Source: Isurus oxyrinchus
Taxonomy: Eukaryota
Assembly: GCA_026770705.1 (NCBI GenBank)
Contig: JANJGN010000021.1
Location: 90,210,001 to 90,274,000, forward strand
DNA length: 64,000 nucleotides
Direction of reading: 5' to 3'
The notes beneath the pieces were generated by a model. That model was not told the DNA's origin and did no database searches. It saw only the letters and a program-made list of their open reading frames with translations. This document shows, one piece after another, positions 13,261-25,129 of the stretch (position 1 is its first letter; the number at the start of each line of letters is the position of its first letter). The position numbers were made by a program, and so were the translations under genes.

Positions 13261-13439
13261 AAACTTCTTTGCAACCTCTTATTGGTTCTATTTTGCGGGC
13301 GGGGAGCTGATGTTAGCCACGCATCAAAGTCTGTGGAAGCCTCCTATTACTGTTGGTGTCAGTTATGGAAAAATTACCGGCATACTAATGATTGAAAACA
13401 TTGTATGTTCTACTAATAATCCAAGAATTGATCATCAAG

Positions 13440-13800
13440 CAATCAAAGTTGGCATCTGCTATGGAATAATGAGTGAGAATTGCACTGTCAGAAGTGCCGT
13501 GTTTCAAATGATAAGTTAGACCAGGTGGTCCTCGTAAGTATACATGATAATTCCCATGGCATAAGTTAGAAGAAGAGCGGATGAATTATTCAGAGTCTCC
13601 TGGCCAATATTTATCGATGAATCAACATCACTAAAGCAAATTTGCCACCATCAAGCCACAGTTTCTGATAACCTCTTCTGCACAAATTGCTTGCAGACTT
13701 CCATCATTTGTTCAGTGGCTACAACTCAAAATGCCATTAGCTGTTACCTGTTTTGGCACACCCTGCAGTTGTGAAAGGTGCTATAGGAAGGAAAGCCTTT
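13440..13800 (+). mobile_element. Deu-core (SacSINE1/AmnSINE-like) SINE remnant
   Basis: gcactgtcagaagtgccgtgtttcaaatga...gtctcctggccaatattta...caacatcactaaa; L2-like tail gtgaaaggtgctatag. Confidence 0.55.
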
Positions 13801-13929
13801 ATTTTTCTTATTTGTTTATTTAATTCATAGTAAAGGCATATGATTACATTTGTACACGTATTTACATAGTAAAGAGCAAGGCAGAGACCGATTAGGGACC
13901 AAAAGGGAGACCTACAAATGAAGACAGAA

Positions 13930-15620
13930 GAAATGAAAGAAATAAGTTTTGTTTTTGACCGTCCCTGGTATGTGAGCATCATTGGTAAAGTTGACATGGA
14001 TTGCCCATCAATAATTTCCCTTGAGAAGTTTGTAGCCTGCGGCCTTGTGGTACTGTTAAAATCCATGTGGAGTGGAAGCAACATACTTGAAAATCAGGAT
14101 GGTTAATGTCTTAATGGATATTTGTAAGTTAGGTGACTCCTGTTCATTTACTGCCATTGTTCCTCTCGTTTACAAATATCGAGGGTATGCAAGGCATTGT
14201 CGAAGGATGATAATGTTCTGTTGCAGTGCACCTTGACATTGTGAGCTCCTTGTGGATGGAGTTTTTGTTTCACTGGTGAATGCAATGTTAGCCAAGCGTG
14301 TTGCTTTGGCCAGGGTAATATCGCAGATCTTGAATGTTGATGGAGCTACATTTACCCCAGCTAGTGGAGAGAAATCCATCACCTTCCTGACTTGGACCTT
14401 GTTGCGAAGACGTTGGGAGACAAGATGTGAGTTCCTCGCAAAAGTATTACCACCCTTGACCTTCTCCAGAAAACACTTCTGGGCGTATGATGCAGGAAAC
14501 GTATGAATGTTCAAACATATGGAAACAGTTGCACCTAGGGACCTGTACCCAGGAATTTCTGCAGCGATAACATAGGGATGAAAATATTTCCATCCAACAG
14601 ACACACCAATCTTACTTCATGCTATATGTGAATCCAATTAATAGAAGGCTTCATCATGGTAGATTGCCGTTAACTTTAGCAATCCTGAGGCTTATTGATG
14701 CCACTCTCCGACAGAGACTTCACATCGCAGAATTTACTCTGACTTGGCCGTTTTTGTTCAGTTTTTTTAATGCATGCTAGGATCAAGACTAAAGCCACAC
14801 TGTATAGAGGAAGCCTAAACGTAACAGAAACTGAAAAATGTAGCGTGTGTGTTTTATTTTTTCTGAAGAAGTGTAATTTAATAGCACTGCTAACGTGTCT
14901 CCAATCTGTTAAATATTGAGGGTATACTAATGGGGTGGCACTCAGCTTAGTCGAATTGATATTTTTTTAATAGGTATTAAATACCTGGGCAACGGTTGTG
15001 TAGATGCTACTGCCATAACTGAGCAGGTAGTGGATGAACCACGATTGCAGTGCTCTGATCAGGTCCATTCATTGTAGCATCGCTTAAATATGCTCATTTC
15101 CATTGTACCTCGATTTTCTGGCATGCTTCCTATCAGCTGGTGTAACGTAACTAATTTGGGACGAAATATTGTGCTTTGCCTTGTGCTGCGCCTCACATGC
15201 TGTCCAACATTCCTAATTGGAGCAGATTTGGACGCTTGTCCTGATGATAACAGAAGAGTGAGCTATAGTACGGCCGTGAGGTTACAGAATGTTTAGGATT
15301 AATATTTTTCTCTGATGCACATGTCCCACAACATACCATGGATGTCCAGTTTCAGTGTATTCATTTGATCTGAATCTAGTGCATTTAGCATGGTGGTCGT
15401 GCCAAGCAACAGGATGGGGGGTGTCTTCAATATAAGCACCAAACTTTGTCTCAACAGGAACTGTGCCATTGTCATTTTGCGCCAATACTTTAATTTACAG
15501 ATACATCTGCGACTGGTAGGCTGATGAGGGCTGCAAACTAGGCAGTTCCTCTCAGGTTGGTTCTTTCGTCAATTATCACAGGCTCAGCCTGGAAGATATC
15601 TGCTTGAGGACTCGGCCAGC
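13930..15620 (-). mobile_element. Decayed LINE of the second CR1/Jockey-group family
   Basis: Segments alignable by eye to 6500-7700 (e.g. ttgttgatggagctacatttaccccagc-like and ggtactgcgctctgatcagg-like stretches). Confidence 0.5.
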
Positions 15621-16464
15621 TTGGCGAAAGTTAGTACCACGAAGCTGCACTTGAGAATGGACACTGAAGTTTAGAACTCCGTATGACTTTATCAGGTTGG
15701 ATGCAAACAAAAGAGGATTTGTAATGATTAATAGTGACCTTGATATTGCTGGATTATTTAACAAGTCTACATGTAACATTGTCTTCGCTATAGAGCGATG
15801 TCTTCCATCCTTACATGCATATATTAGAATCTAGTTCCACAGCAAAACCGTTTACTGTTCACTTCTTTCTCAAATTGCTCAATAGTTAGCCAGTGGAGTT
15901 AAACCTTTCCAAAAAATAAAAGTGGATAAGGATATGAACTGCCAGTTAATAGGATTCGATTGATGCATCAGAAATGTAGATGTTAAAATGAAACTAGCAG
16001 TGACCTCTTTACTAACATCTGGTGACTGTTGACAAAATTATTTAAACGGCCCCACAGATGCCACAAGGAATAACATAACGCCGCCTTAATATCCTATAAA
16101 ATCAATGGGAATCATAGTAATGAGACGTATAAAACGGGCTACCACGTAGTTAAACATCCCTTTAACTTTAATAATAAGTCAACATTATAACAACATATTT
16201 TTTGAATGTTATGAATATATATAATTCAGCATGGAATACAAATTTAATTTGAGCAATGTATCAAACGGCTGCCCGATGTTCCTTTGAATTCCACTAAATG
16301 ACTCACTATCAGACCCTGCACACAATAATGGAACTTCGGCACTTCCCATTCCGATTTTCTAGTCAATTTACATCTGCTTTGACTCACTTTTACAATGACT
16401 ATTACATTTGCATTGTCTTGTCTTTAATAATTGAACATTCTGACCCCTTTCTCCCTTTTCATAG

Positions 16465-16479
16465 TTGAAAAAGAGAAAG
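16465..16479 (+). CDS. Microexon 6 (15 nt): (I/V)EKEK
   Basis: ctgacccctttctcccttttcatag|TTGAAAAAGAGAAAG|gtaagc; branch-point-like CTGAC and near-consensus splice sites. Confidence 0.85.
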
Positions 16480-16749
16480 GTAAGCTTAACGATGAGTTAT
16501 GGTTACACAAACGTCCATTTAGTTTACTTGCCAAGTGGGTATCAATTTACTGTTGCAATTACATTTTTCACTGTGACCTATTGTGCCTTACTTCTGATCC
16601 TATTTCGTATGTCCCTATGTTCGTATGTGATGATGCCTGTCACTTCCGTTACTATAATTGCTATGATGTTGTATTAATCATCACTATCATTATCAATGTT
16701 GTTACAGAACACCGGAAAGCCGATGGTGAGCATTAATTACATTTTTGCT

Positions 16750-17500
16750 ATGAATTATGGAACTTTGGTCTGTCTGAACCTGTCATGTCAGGGAGTACGC
16801 TATTACAGACAGGTTGTCCACGGTTTTCCATCCAATGCAATCGTTGCATGTTAGGTCTCCGAATACATATCAATAAACATCTTAGTTGTATGGCACGTCA
16901 TTCAGCATCAAAAGGTACATCAAGAAGTTCCCACAAACCATGAGGTAAGATCATCATTGTACTGTGGGAGACTTCGGGGCTCAGAGTTCGCTTCAGGGTC
17001 CAAATATCTGAGATGAATTGCAGGTCGAAAGGTTCGAGATGCTGGCGGCTGGAGCTTGCAATCGATTTGTCCCAGGAGGCGGATGATGAAGATACCGCCT
17101 TGAAAATCTCTTCCAAGTTCCTCTCCTGCCAGTCCCTTCCCATTAGTGATGCTGATGATACCGAAGGCGGGTGGAACAATAGCAGGCCCATAGCAGCAAA
17201 ATATTGGTATGCCTCAGAGGTGACTTCTACTGAAGCAGTCAGTTTGCGTATTCATTCCTTTTTGCTAGGAACAACAATGTAAACTCATGACAAAAACGGG
17301 AAACACCCTGTTGCAGCACATCTGCTATTGTGGGTGTCTTTCCCATCATGTCCTGGCTCGACGGTTTCCCTGAATGCCAACTGAAATTTCCAGTTGTTGG
17401 ACAGAGCTTTAAAGGAAAGGTGAACAGAACCTAATATATTGCCCAGTGCTGCATGAAAAGTAACCAGTTCCAGCTCCACTTACATCCCAAAGAAAATCAC
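16750..17500 (+). mobile_element. Highly degraded RTE-clade LINE (endonuclease/linker remnant)
   Basis: Frameshifted traces in the expected order: MNYGT(W), GV(GF)AITDRL, KIIIVL(G)DF.ARV, then a D.E..W linker. Confidence 0.4.
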
Positions 17501-18471
17501 GAAGATGGGAACATTTCGTGTCACCTACCTGACATGACTTCCCTTCGTTGTTTTAACGAGCACTTCGCTAAGAAAAAGAGTGAACCAAGGAGAAAAAAAA
17601 AGACAGGCCTGTTTTGCGTTAGAGGGAATATGACATTTTATGAGAAAGGGTTTGGGGGGGCGGGAGGGGGGTGTGGAGGAGATTGGGAGGATGCCGGGAG
17701 TGACAGAGGTGGGAATGATGACGCAAGTTGGGAAATCATCCAAAGTTGAAGCGGAACGAATTGCAAATGATAACAAAAGGCATTTTATCAGCATTTAAGT
17801 TGTGTTTACTTTGCAACTTTGGCTATCATATAAAACATAATTGTTCACGAAGGCAGCTGCACCAATAGTAATGTGGCTACCTTACACGGTTAGTAGTTTT
17901 TATGAATTAGAAAGTTATTTCAATAAATTTAAAGTGTTCAAAATACAGTTCAACACATAACATAATTTGAGGACTGAGGAAACAGATGTAGAAATTAACA
18001 GTGCTAGGAGATCATGGTTGTAGAGGCACCATGCTTTTTAGCGGGTTGCACGTCCTACAAACTTGAATATTAAGGATAGACACTTTGGTGAGAAACTGAG
18101 AAATAAGCGAACAGTGTTCAGCCGGAAGTTTTAGTTATCAATAATTAGAGAAAGGTTTATATTGTGGAAACATGTGAATAAGCTGGGAATTGTTACATTT
18201 CCCTTTCCTTGCTCAACTCATAGTGCATTTTTCTGAGGACACACATGTCACTTGCTTTGCCCTAAGTCCAGCTGAATATTGGCGCAGACTGGGGGTATGA
18301 CATGGTAATGCAATTCTCCCAATGTTGCTCTGGGTTCTTTATTAGGGATTTGTGAGATTCGAAGAAATTATATAGAAATAATCTGTTTATTTGAGCATAA
18401 TATGTTTACAGAGTATGCCTGGAAACACTATGCAAGAAATCACGTTTTTGTTTTGCTTTTCCAAATTATAG

Positions 18472-18498
18472 AAGAAAAGATACGTGAAACTACATCAG
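18472..18498 (+). CDS. Microexon 7 (27 nt): EEKIRETTS
   Basis: tttttgttttgcttttccaaattatag|AAGAAAAGATACGTGAAACTACATCAG|gtgaac. Confidence 0.75.
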
Positions 18499-18789
18499 GT
18501 GAACCCTTCTTCTCAATGTAGGGCGTTCATTGCTGTTATGTGCACATAAAAAACACAGACAGCAGGCCGGAGTGATATTGAAATGAAAATACAGAAACAA
18601 TTGAAGTAACATCATTCGGGTTAACAGAATTGGTATATCCTTTTGCAACTGGTTGATTTGTGATTAAAAGAGGCCTAGGACGTGGCCCGTGAATCTTAGA
18701 ATCCAATGGAATTTAACGTGGAAAATTTTTGCTAGAATGTGCAATTCGTAAATCTAGATTTATATTGGGGGTGCCAGGCCATAATCCGC

Positions 18790-19815
18790 ACTATCCATTC
18801 CTTTCCATTTCCACATTGCTTCTCCTGGTAAGGGTCGCGACGGCAATAACCTGAGCAAGGCCAACCAGACTTCTCTTTGCTCAGCCACAGATTCCTGCTC
18901 CTGCTGGGGCATTCCCAGTCATTCGCTGGACAACTGAACTATATAATCCCTCCAGCATGCCTGGGTCGGCCTTGAGGTCTCCGCCAAATGGGCCGTGTTG
19001 TAACAGTTCTAGTGGGAGCCTACGAGGGGGCATCCTTATCAGATGCCCGAACTATCTCAACTGGCACCTCTGGATCTGAAGGAGCTGCGACTATGTCCGA
19101 GACTCTCCCACAATGCTGAGCTTCTCACTCTACTCCAGACACCTTGCCCAGCAACCACATGGAGAAACATAATTTCCGTTATGTGTACCCGCAATCTTAT
19201 CATTTCGGTCATTATCCACAATTCATGACCATAGGTAACTGTGGGGTTGTAGATCGACTGCTGACTTAGGGCTTCGCTGTAAAGCTTAGCTCCAGCTTAA
19301 CCACCATGGACCAGTAGACCCTCTGAAGAAAAGCAGCCATCAGAACAATATGTTGGTTCATCTAATGATCCCCTCTGCCACCACTCACACACAAGGCCCG
19401 AGTTAATTCAACTCCTCCACCAAGGGAAGCTGTACCTCCTTCACCTGAAGAGAGCAACCCACCGTTTTCTGGGGGAGTTTCATGACCGCAGGTTTGGAGG
19501 TGCTGATCCAGATACCAGCTGTGTCACAGTTGACTGTGAAACCTTTGAGTTCACGCTGGAGATCACAGTCGGTTGAAGCATGAAGCACAACGTCATCGTC
19601 AAACAGAAGAGATGCCACCCTGAAACCCCGAAATAGGATAATTTCTGTGTCTCGACTAGGCCTTGATATTATATCCATAAAAATCAGTAATAGGAGTGGA
19701 AACAAGATGCACTCATGGCAGTGATCAACGTCCAACTTGATCAAATTGAACTAAATGCCGAGAATGCGGACACAACTTTTGCTGCAAGAATAGGGGGACT
19801 TGACAGCACGCCGAA
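18790..19815 (-). mobile_element. Rex3/Expander-like RTE element, 3' half (RT C-terminus and tail)
   Basis: ORF 19403-19744: IFMDIISRPSR...FRGFRVASLLFDDDVVLHAS...AGIWISTSK...LQVKEVQLPLVEE matches the Rex3/Expander RT; ccatt-type short-repeat tail at ~18790-18812. Confidence 0.85.
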
Positions 19816-19829
19816 GCAGCACCTCCAAG

Positions 19830-20263
19830 AATCGTAACTTTGTGGTGGTGGAGGGGCTGTGGGGGCTGTTGCTGTAATCTAAGGAACCTTCGAACTACGT
19901 CCTCTGCAGATTAGAACTCCTGGTAGTGTCTCCCTTGGCAAACAGGTCCAATGTGAGGTTCCAGGCAAAGAGTAATTCACCAACGAACCCAGGATGGTTC
20001 TAGATATAACACAATGACCCTTGACCAGAACTGGGCACACCCCTGGACCCAGGCCTGGGGTGTGTGCCTGATGGCAATGCCACTCACGTATTATGTCTGG
20101 GCTCAGCCCAAAATGGCTGCGTGCAGTTGCGTTATGGGCCCACCGGCTGCACGGCAACAGGTGGGGGTCGGGTGTGATGTCAGTATGGCAGTGAGCAAGA
20201 GCGGGACAGATCAAGACACACCTAGACCTTGGCGATGGAAACTGGCTCTTGGGACGTGGAATG
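19830..20263 (+). mobile_element. Inverted 5' end (5'UTR and ORF start) of the same Rex3/Expander-like element
   Basis: Expander-like 5'UTR (ctcctggtagtgtctcccttggcaaacaggtcc...) ending in WKLALGTWN, the start of the AP endonuclease. Confidence 0.75.
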
Positions 20264-21194
20264 GCCCCATAAACTGCTCTAATAACACTGAATTGCCATC
20301 TGGATCAGGGAAAGGATTAGACCTGACCTTAATTCCACAGAGCAAAGCAAGGGAAGTTTTAAACATTCAGCTTAGAAGACGCCTTGATTTTCTCAATCGA
20401 TGTTACAGTTTGTGCCTCATTGCAATTTTCCTGGCCAAATATGCTTCCAAAAAAGGGGATATTAGCATGCATTTGCGCAAGGAAGTGATGCAGATTAAAT
20501 GTTACATGTGAGACACATTGTAAGGGAAAAGCTCGTTAAGAGTATTTCCTCTGTAAGAATGGGTAGATTTCTAGAGAAGGGGTGTTGGCTAAGCGCAATA
20601 GATAGGGCACTCGAATTATCTGCGCATCACGGGGTGCAATCCTATTACTTTTTGCCCCAACGATCTTTATTTTTATCAATTTTGATTCCACCCCCTCTGC
20701 ATTAACAAACCTAATAGTATTGTGACCAACAGGAAGCTGGATCAGCAAGCTCATTCCAGGCGATAGGACCCAAGGATGAATTTCGCTGTGAGCCAGAATA
20801 TCAGTTTCCAAGCCTTAAGATCAAAGCAATGGTACGATTCTAAATCTAAATCCTGCCAGATTTCAGAACGAAGCAGGAGTTACATTCCAATCATAGACAT
20901 CTGCAGACTTTTGGAAAATGGATTAACCAATTTCTGTTTAAAGCCAGATATTGGTTCACTGATGACATTCATAGGAGTTCACCCACAACGTTCATTCTTT
21001 GCAAGACTCCACGAAAGGCTTTAAGGCATTACCAGGCTTCACGTCCAAAACAGCCCAACAAAATCCGAATTCATACCCGTATTAGCTAAAGTTAAACAAC
21101 ATAAATGGCATGTACTACCCAATGGTCTTAGTTCATTCCAATGCTCACTTGCATTTAATAAGCCGCAACATTTAATTTTCTCCTTTGCTTTCAG

Positions 21195-21230
21195 AAATGG
21201 AGAAAATAGAAGCAATTCGTCAAGACGTCG
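21195..21230 (+). CDS. Microexon 8 (36 nt): EMEKIEAIRQDV
   Basis: ttttctcctttgctttcag|AAATGGAG...GACGTCG|gtagga; 7/12 aa identical to 38477-38512. Confidence 0.88.
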
Positions 21231-21369
21231 GTAGGATTTGATTTCGATCGATTATCTACAAGAGTGAAAAACAGGGGAGCTTCATTTCCATCAGATACAA
21301 AGTGTTACCTTTGCCTTTCAGTGCTAGTGCAAGACAAAAAGCATCTGCTCGACCACACCTTAAAAATTT

Positions 21370-21680
21370 TTAAATATCCATTTACTGAATGTGGACAACG
21401 CTGGCTAGGCAAACGTTCATTGTCCATCACTAATTGCCCATGACCAGATGGCGGTGAGCTGCCTTCTTGAACCGCTGCAAGCTATGCCATGTCGGTACAC
21501 TCACAGCGCTGCTAACGAGTGTGTTCCAGGTTCCAGATCGAGGGACAGTGAAGAAACCGTGATGCATTTCCAATTCAGGATGCTGAATCGCTTGGAGCGG
21601 CACTTCCAGGTGGTCGTCACCCCTTGTATCTACTGACCTTGTCCTTCTAGGTGGTGATGACGTGGGGTTGGAATGTGAAC
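21370..21680 (-). mobile_element. 3' end of second-family LINE
   Basis: tgtggacaacgctggctaggc...ctaattgccc...gccttcttgaaccgctgca. Confidence 0.7.
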
Positions 21681-21879
21681 ATATTTCCACATGACCATAA
21701 GCAATGTCATAACGGTAGCCTTCTGAGTAAATATGGGTGCCTCTAATTTTCAGCATATATAGTCCCATATTATTCTCTTTCTTACTGATTTTTTGATCTG
21801 GTATTTTGAAATCCTGTTTGCTAATAAATTTTAAGGCATATAAAACGAAATGGAAAGCCCGCCACGTTATTTTGTTGCC

Positions 21880-22760
21880 ATTGTAGAACTACAATTTTTG
21901 TAATCAAGTGCACACACCACTCGGCCAATGCTTCTATGCCAAGTTTATGCTGCGCACCAGTGTTTCCTCCATCCCTGTCCTTCAAAATCTATCAGGTTGA
22001 CGTCTCGTTCTTTCTTATTTGTTGTGTAAGTGCTTATGTAGCTACCTCTTAAATGCGTTTGCATTGTTAATCGCAAGTATATCTTTGCTTAGTCAGATCC
22101 ATAATTTGGTTATTACCTGCTTAATAGCTTTCTACTGAATTCGTAATTGAATTTGTCTGCATCTATCTTTATATTTATAGCGATTAGCTTTGAACTTCAC
22201 CACAGTTGAAAACACCTCTCCTATGGGCTTTCCTATATAATATATATATATATAAGATCAAATTACTTTAACTAGAAAATAGCTAGAAATAATTTGGGCC
22301 CTCGTGTGATGCATTGTTTCTCAGTTCTAGCAATATCTTTCTAAAGTTCTTTGTTGCACCTTTTGCGGTTTTTCATTATGTTTTTTTTCGTTAACATATA
22401 CTACTAGTACATTGGACATGGCTCTATTTTTGGAGGAAATGAACTATATAGAAATTTACAAGCACGTTGCGGTTGTTCCATTTTATTGTTTGAGAACTGC
22501 ATCCTATTGTACTTTAATCTTCTTTCGTAACTGTAATAACCTATATTACCACTTTTACCATTTTATTTTATGTCTCCAGATTCTGAGGACCATTTGCTGC
22601 TTTACGCCATTTAAATGTCATTCTGAACCAGAGTGTGTGGCCTAGTTATCCTTCCAACCAACATCTGTCACTTCACTCTTATCCTTACTGAAATTATTCC
22701 ATTAGTTACGTGCCGAATCTGCAGGCGTGGCAATGTCAGCTTTCATTCTTATTAATGTAG
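21880..22760 (-). mobile_element. Old CR1-like 3' fragment with internal (TA)n
   Basis: Degenerate antisense CR1 tail; (TA)n at ~22235-22252. Confidence 0.4.
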
Positions 22761-22827
22761 TGGAACAAAGTTATAATCAAAAACACTTTTACTGTCGAAA
22801 TACCTAACACTATCTGTTTCCTCACAG

Positions 22828-22854
22828 AGGCGCTATTGCGTTTAAAGAATGAAG
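22828..22854 (+). CDS. Microexon 9 (27 nt): EALLRLKNE
   Basis: ctaacactatctgtttcctcacag|AGGCGCTATTGCGTTTAAAGAATGAAG|gtaggt. Confidence 0.88.
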
Positions 22855-23623
22855 GTAGGTGTCTATGGATGTTTGGAGGCAATTTTGACCTTGTGTGGTT
22901 ATGTAAAATTGCAGAATCAACATTCCTTCCTACATGAGTTGCGATGTTTGCTTCCAGATAGTTTAACAGAACTATACCATTGAAGCGAGATAAATGGGAT
23001 ACGGCTATCCATTCTCTGTGACAAGTTCTGCATAAAGAAACAACATATATTCAGCAATTATCCATGCTTTCCTGCGCAGTTATGCTTTCGAACACCGTTA
23101 AGGACAGCAGTCCAAACTTCCTGGAAGTTAACCATTACCTTGGGAAATAGAAAATCAGATTCCTGGGGAGATTGGTCAATAAAATAGCCTAACCACCATC
23201 TTGTGGAATGGCTAATGTAATCTGAATTCTATCCGTCCATTGTTTTCAGTTCGCACTGTTCAGATGATGCCCAATGTTTTATTGCATGCTAGCTGCTGCA
23301 ATTGCAATAGGAGCGTCAACATCCCCACAGAGTCATTGGGCTTTTTAAAATCTTGTTAGAAGTGCGCAAAATTACATCTGTTGATCGAGAAGAATGCATA
23401 ATTTATTTGCAATGACATAAGATGTACACCAGGGAGTATAGTTAGAAACACATCCCGCTCCTTCTTAACTGAACAAGATACATAATGACTACACTTAAAC
23501 GATAACTTTCACGCCGATCAGTGCATTCATATCGCAAAAGGTCTGCAAAATGACCGCATTTTCAGGTTTTTGCTCTTATTAAAGGCTGAATGTGCTGCTT
23601 ACCTACCTTTCTATTTTCTTCAG

Positions 23624-23650
23624 AAATTAGTATACTTCGGAAAGCAATCG
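23624..23650 (+). CDS. Microexon 10 (27 nt): EISILRKAI
   Basis: cctttctattttcttcag|AAATTAGTATACTTCGGAAAGCAATCG|gtaaga. Confidence 0.88.
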
Positions 23651-24134
23651 GTAAGAAAAGGAAATATGTATTGTTTTTAAAAATAACCTTTAGATCGACA
23701 AAACCCGATTTTCCTGCACCTAAAACAATTTTTGTGGTTCCATATAAAATAATTATCATTCTTAATATTAACTCCTACGAGGAGAAATTCTCATGAATAC
23801 AATGCGTTAAAGGAAAGTCCATATTACTGGGCTGTTGTCTGATCGTTGAGCAACTGATGTAATGCGTTAAGTAGACTTGATTATTTAAGATAAACATTCA
23901 TCTTCTGCTTGCAAGCAAAGCCATGGAGCATATACATCTTGTTGATTAAATTCTGCTTCTATGTGGATATTTTTTCCTCATTTTCCCTGTGTGCTTGTTT
24001 AGAACAAATATACTTTAGATATTTTTTAATTTTCTTGAAATCAAATACTTACGCCAATGTTAAATTGGTGCATTTGACGATTTTTGTATTGCTGCAAACT
24101 AATATTGATTTGAAAATGTTGTTTTTATCTCTAG

Positions 24135-24167
24135 AAACACGGAAACCATCCTTTAGGAAACTTCAAA
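24135..24167 (+). CDS. Candidate optional microexon (33 nt): ETRKPSFRKLQ
   Basis: tgttgtttttatctctag|AAACACGG...CTTCAAA|gtaatg; 3n and stop-free in phase 1, but contains Pro and has no paralog; not counted in the 19. Confidence 0.3.
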
Positions 24168-25129
24168 GTAATGTTGCAGCTAAGTTCCAAATTAATATTA
24201 CTGTGTTTATCAATTGTGTGGCGGCAGCTTTTAAAACTATTGTGACAGGAATAACATTCTGTAAATGAATGTATACATCTGGGAATAGATACCAGGCAAA
24301 TGCAATTTTTAAGCCATGAAATTACTCTCTGAAATTGATTTCTTGTGATGATTCCCTTCACCCCTCATTTTAACTTTTTTTGAACTGAAAACATATCAAC
24401 CATAGTTTCCAAAACACACCTGGCTATCATGAACTCAAAATTTTAAAAAAAAATCTTCCAATGCCTTCAATTTTCGCGAAAACACATTAACTTTGTTTCC
24501 CAAAATATAATGGCAGGTAACAAAATGATGGTAGAGAAAAGCTTTGATTGTCAACGTGATTATTTGACTTATTTCTCTCTTTGTTGTGTCCATATATGTG
24601 ATTTAGCGTTGATACATGATTGCAGCACTCTTTTAGGCTCCACCTGATGGGGCTTTCACATGCAGTCGCCAAACAGTTGTCGTCAGATAATAAAAACACT
24701 TGCTCGGTATCTATTATGCTTCACACAATGGACAGCTTGGCACTGAATTCTAGAGAACTGTAAAGGCTTGTGCCATGCTTTCCTGGCGCTTCTTGTCTTG
24801 CCTAGTGGTTTTCTTACCTTAGGATACGCTTCATAGACAAAATTTTCTCCAGAGAAGCTTTCACCGTGACTGTTTCATTTAACGTTTGCACTTATCTTGA
24901 ATTAATCCACTTTTTCTGCCTTATTTAAAATTAAAGTATGATCTCCCTTCATATGGAGTGTCTTTGTAATACAAGTATTAAACGGCGCTGTTTCCCCACT
25001 TCCCTGCAGTCCTGCAAAGTTGCCACCAATGTGTAGCTACAACTTATTATTTAATATCCTGCTTTTAACCACTTTCATAGATATTATCTTTGAACAGAAA
25101 GCCCAGTTTTCTATTATACCTGTGACCTA

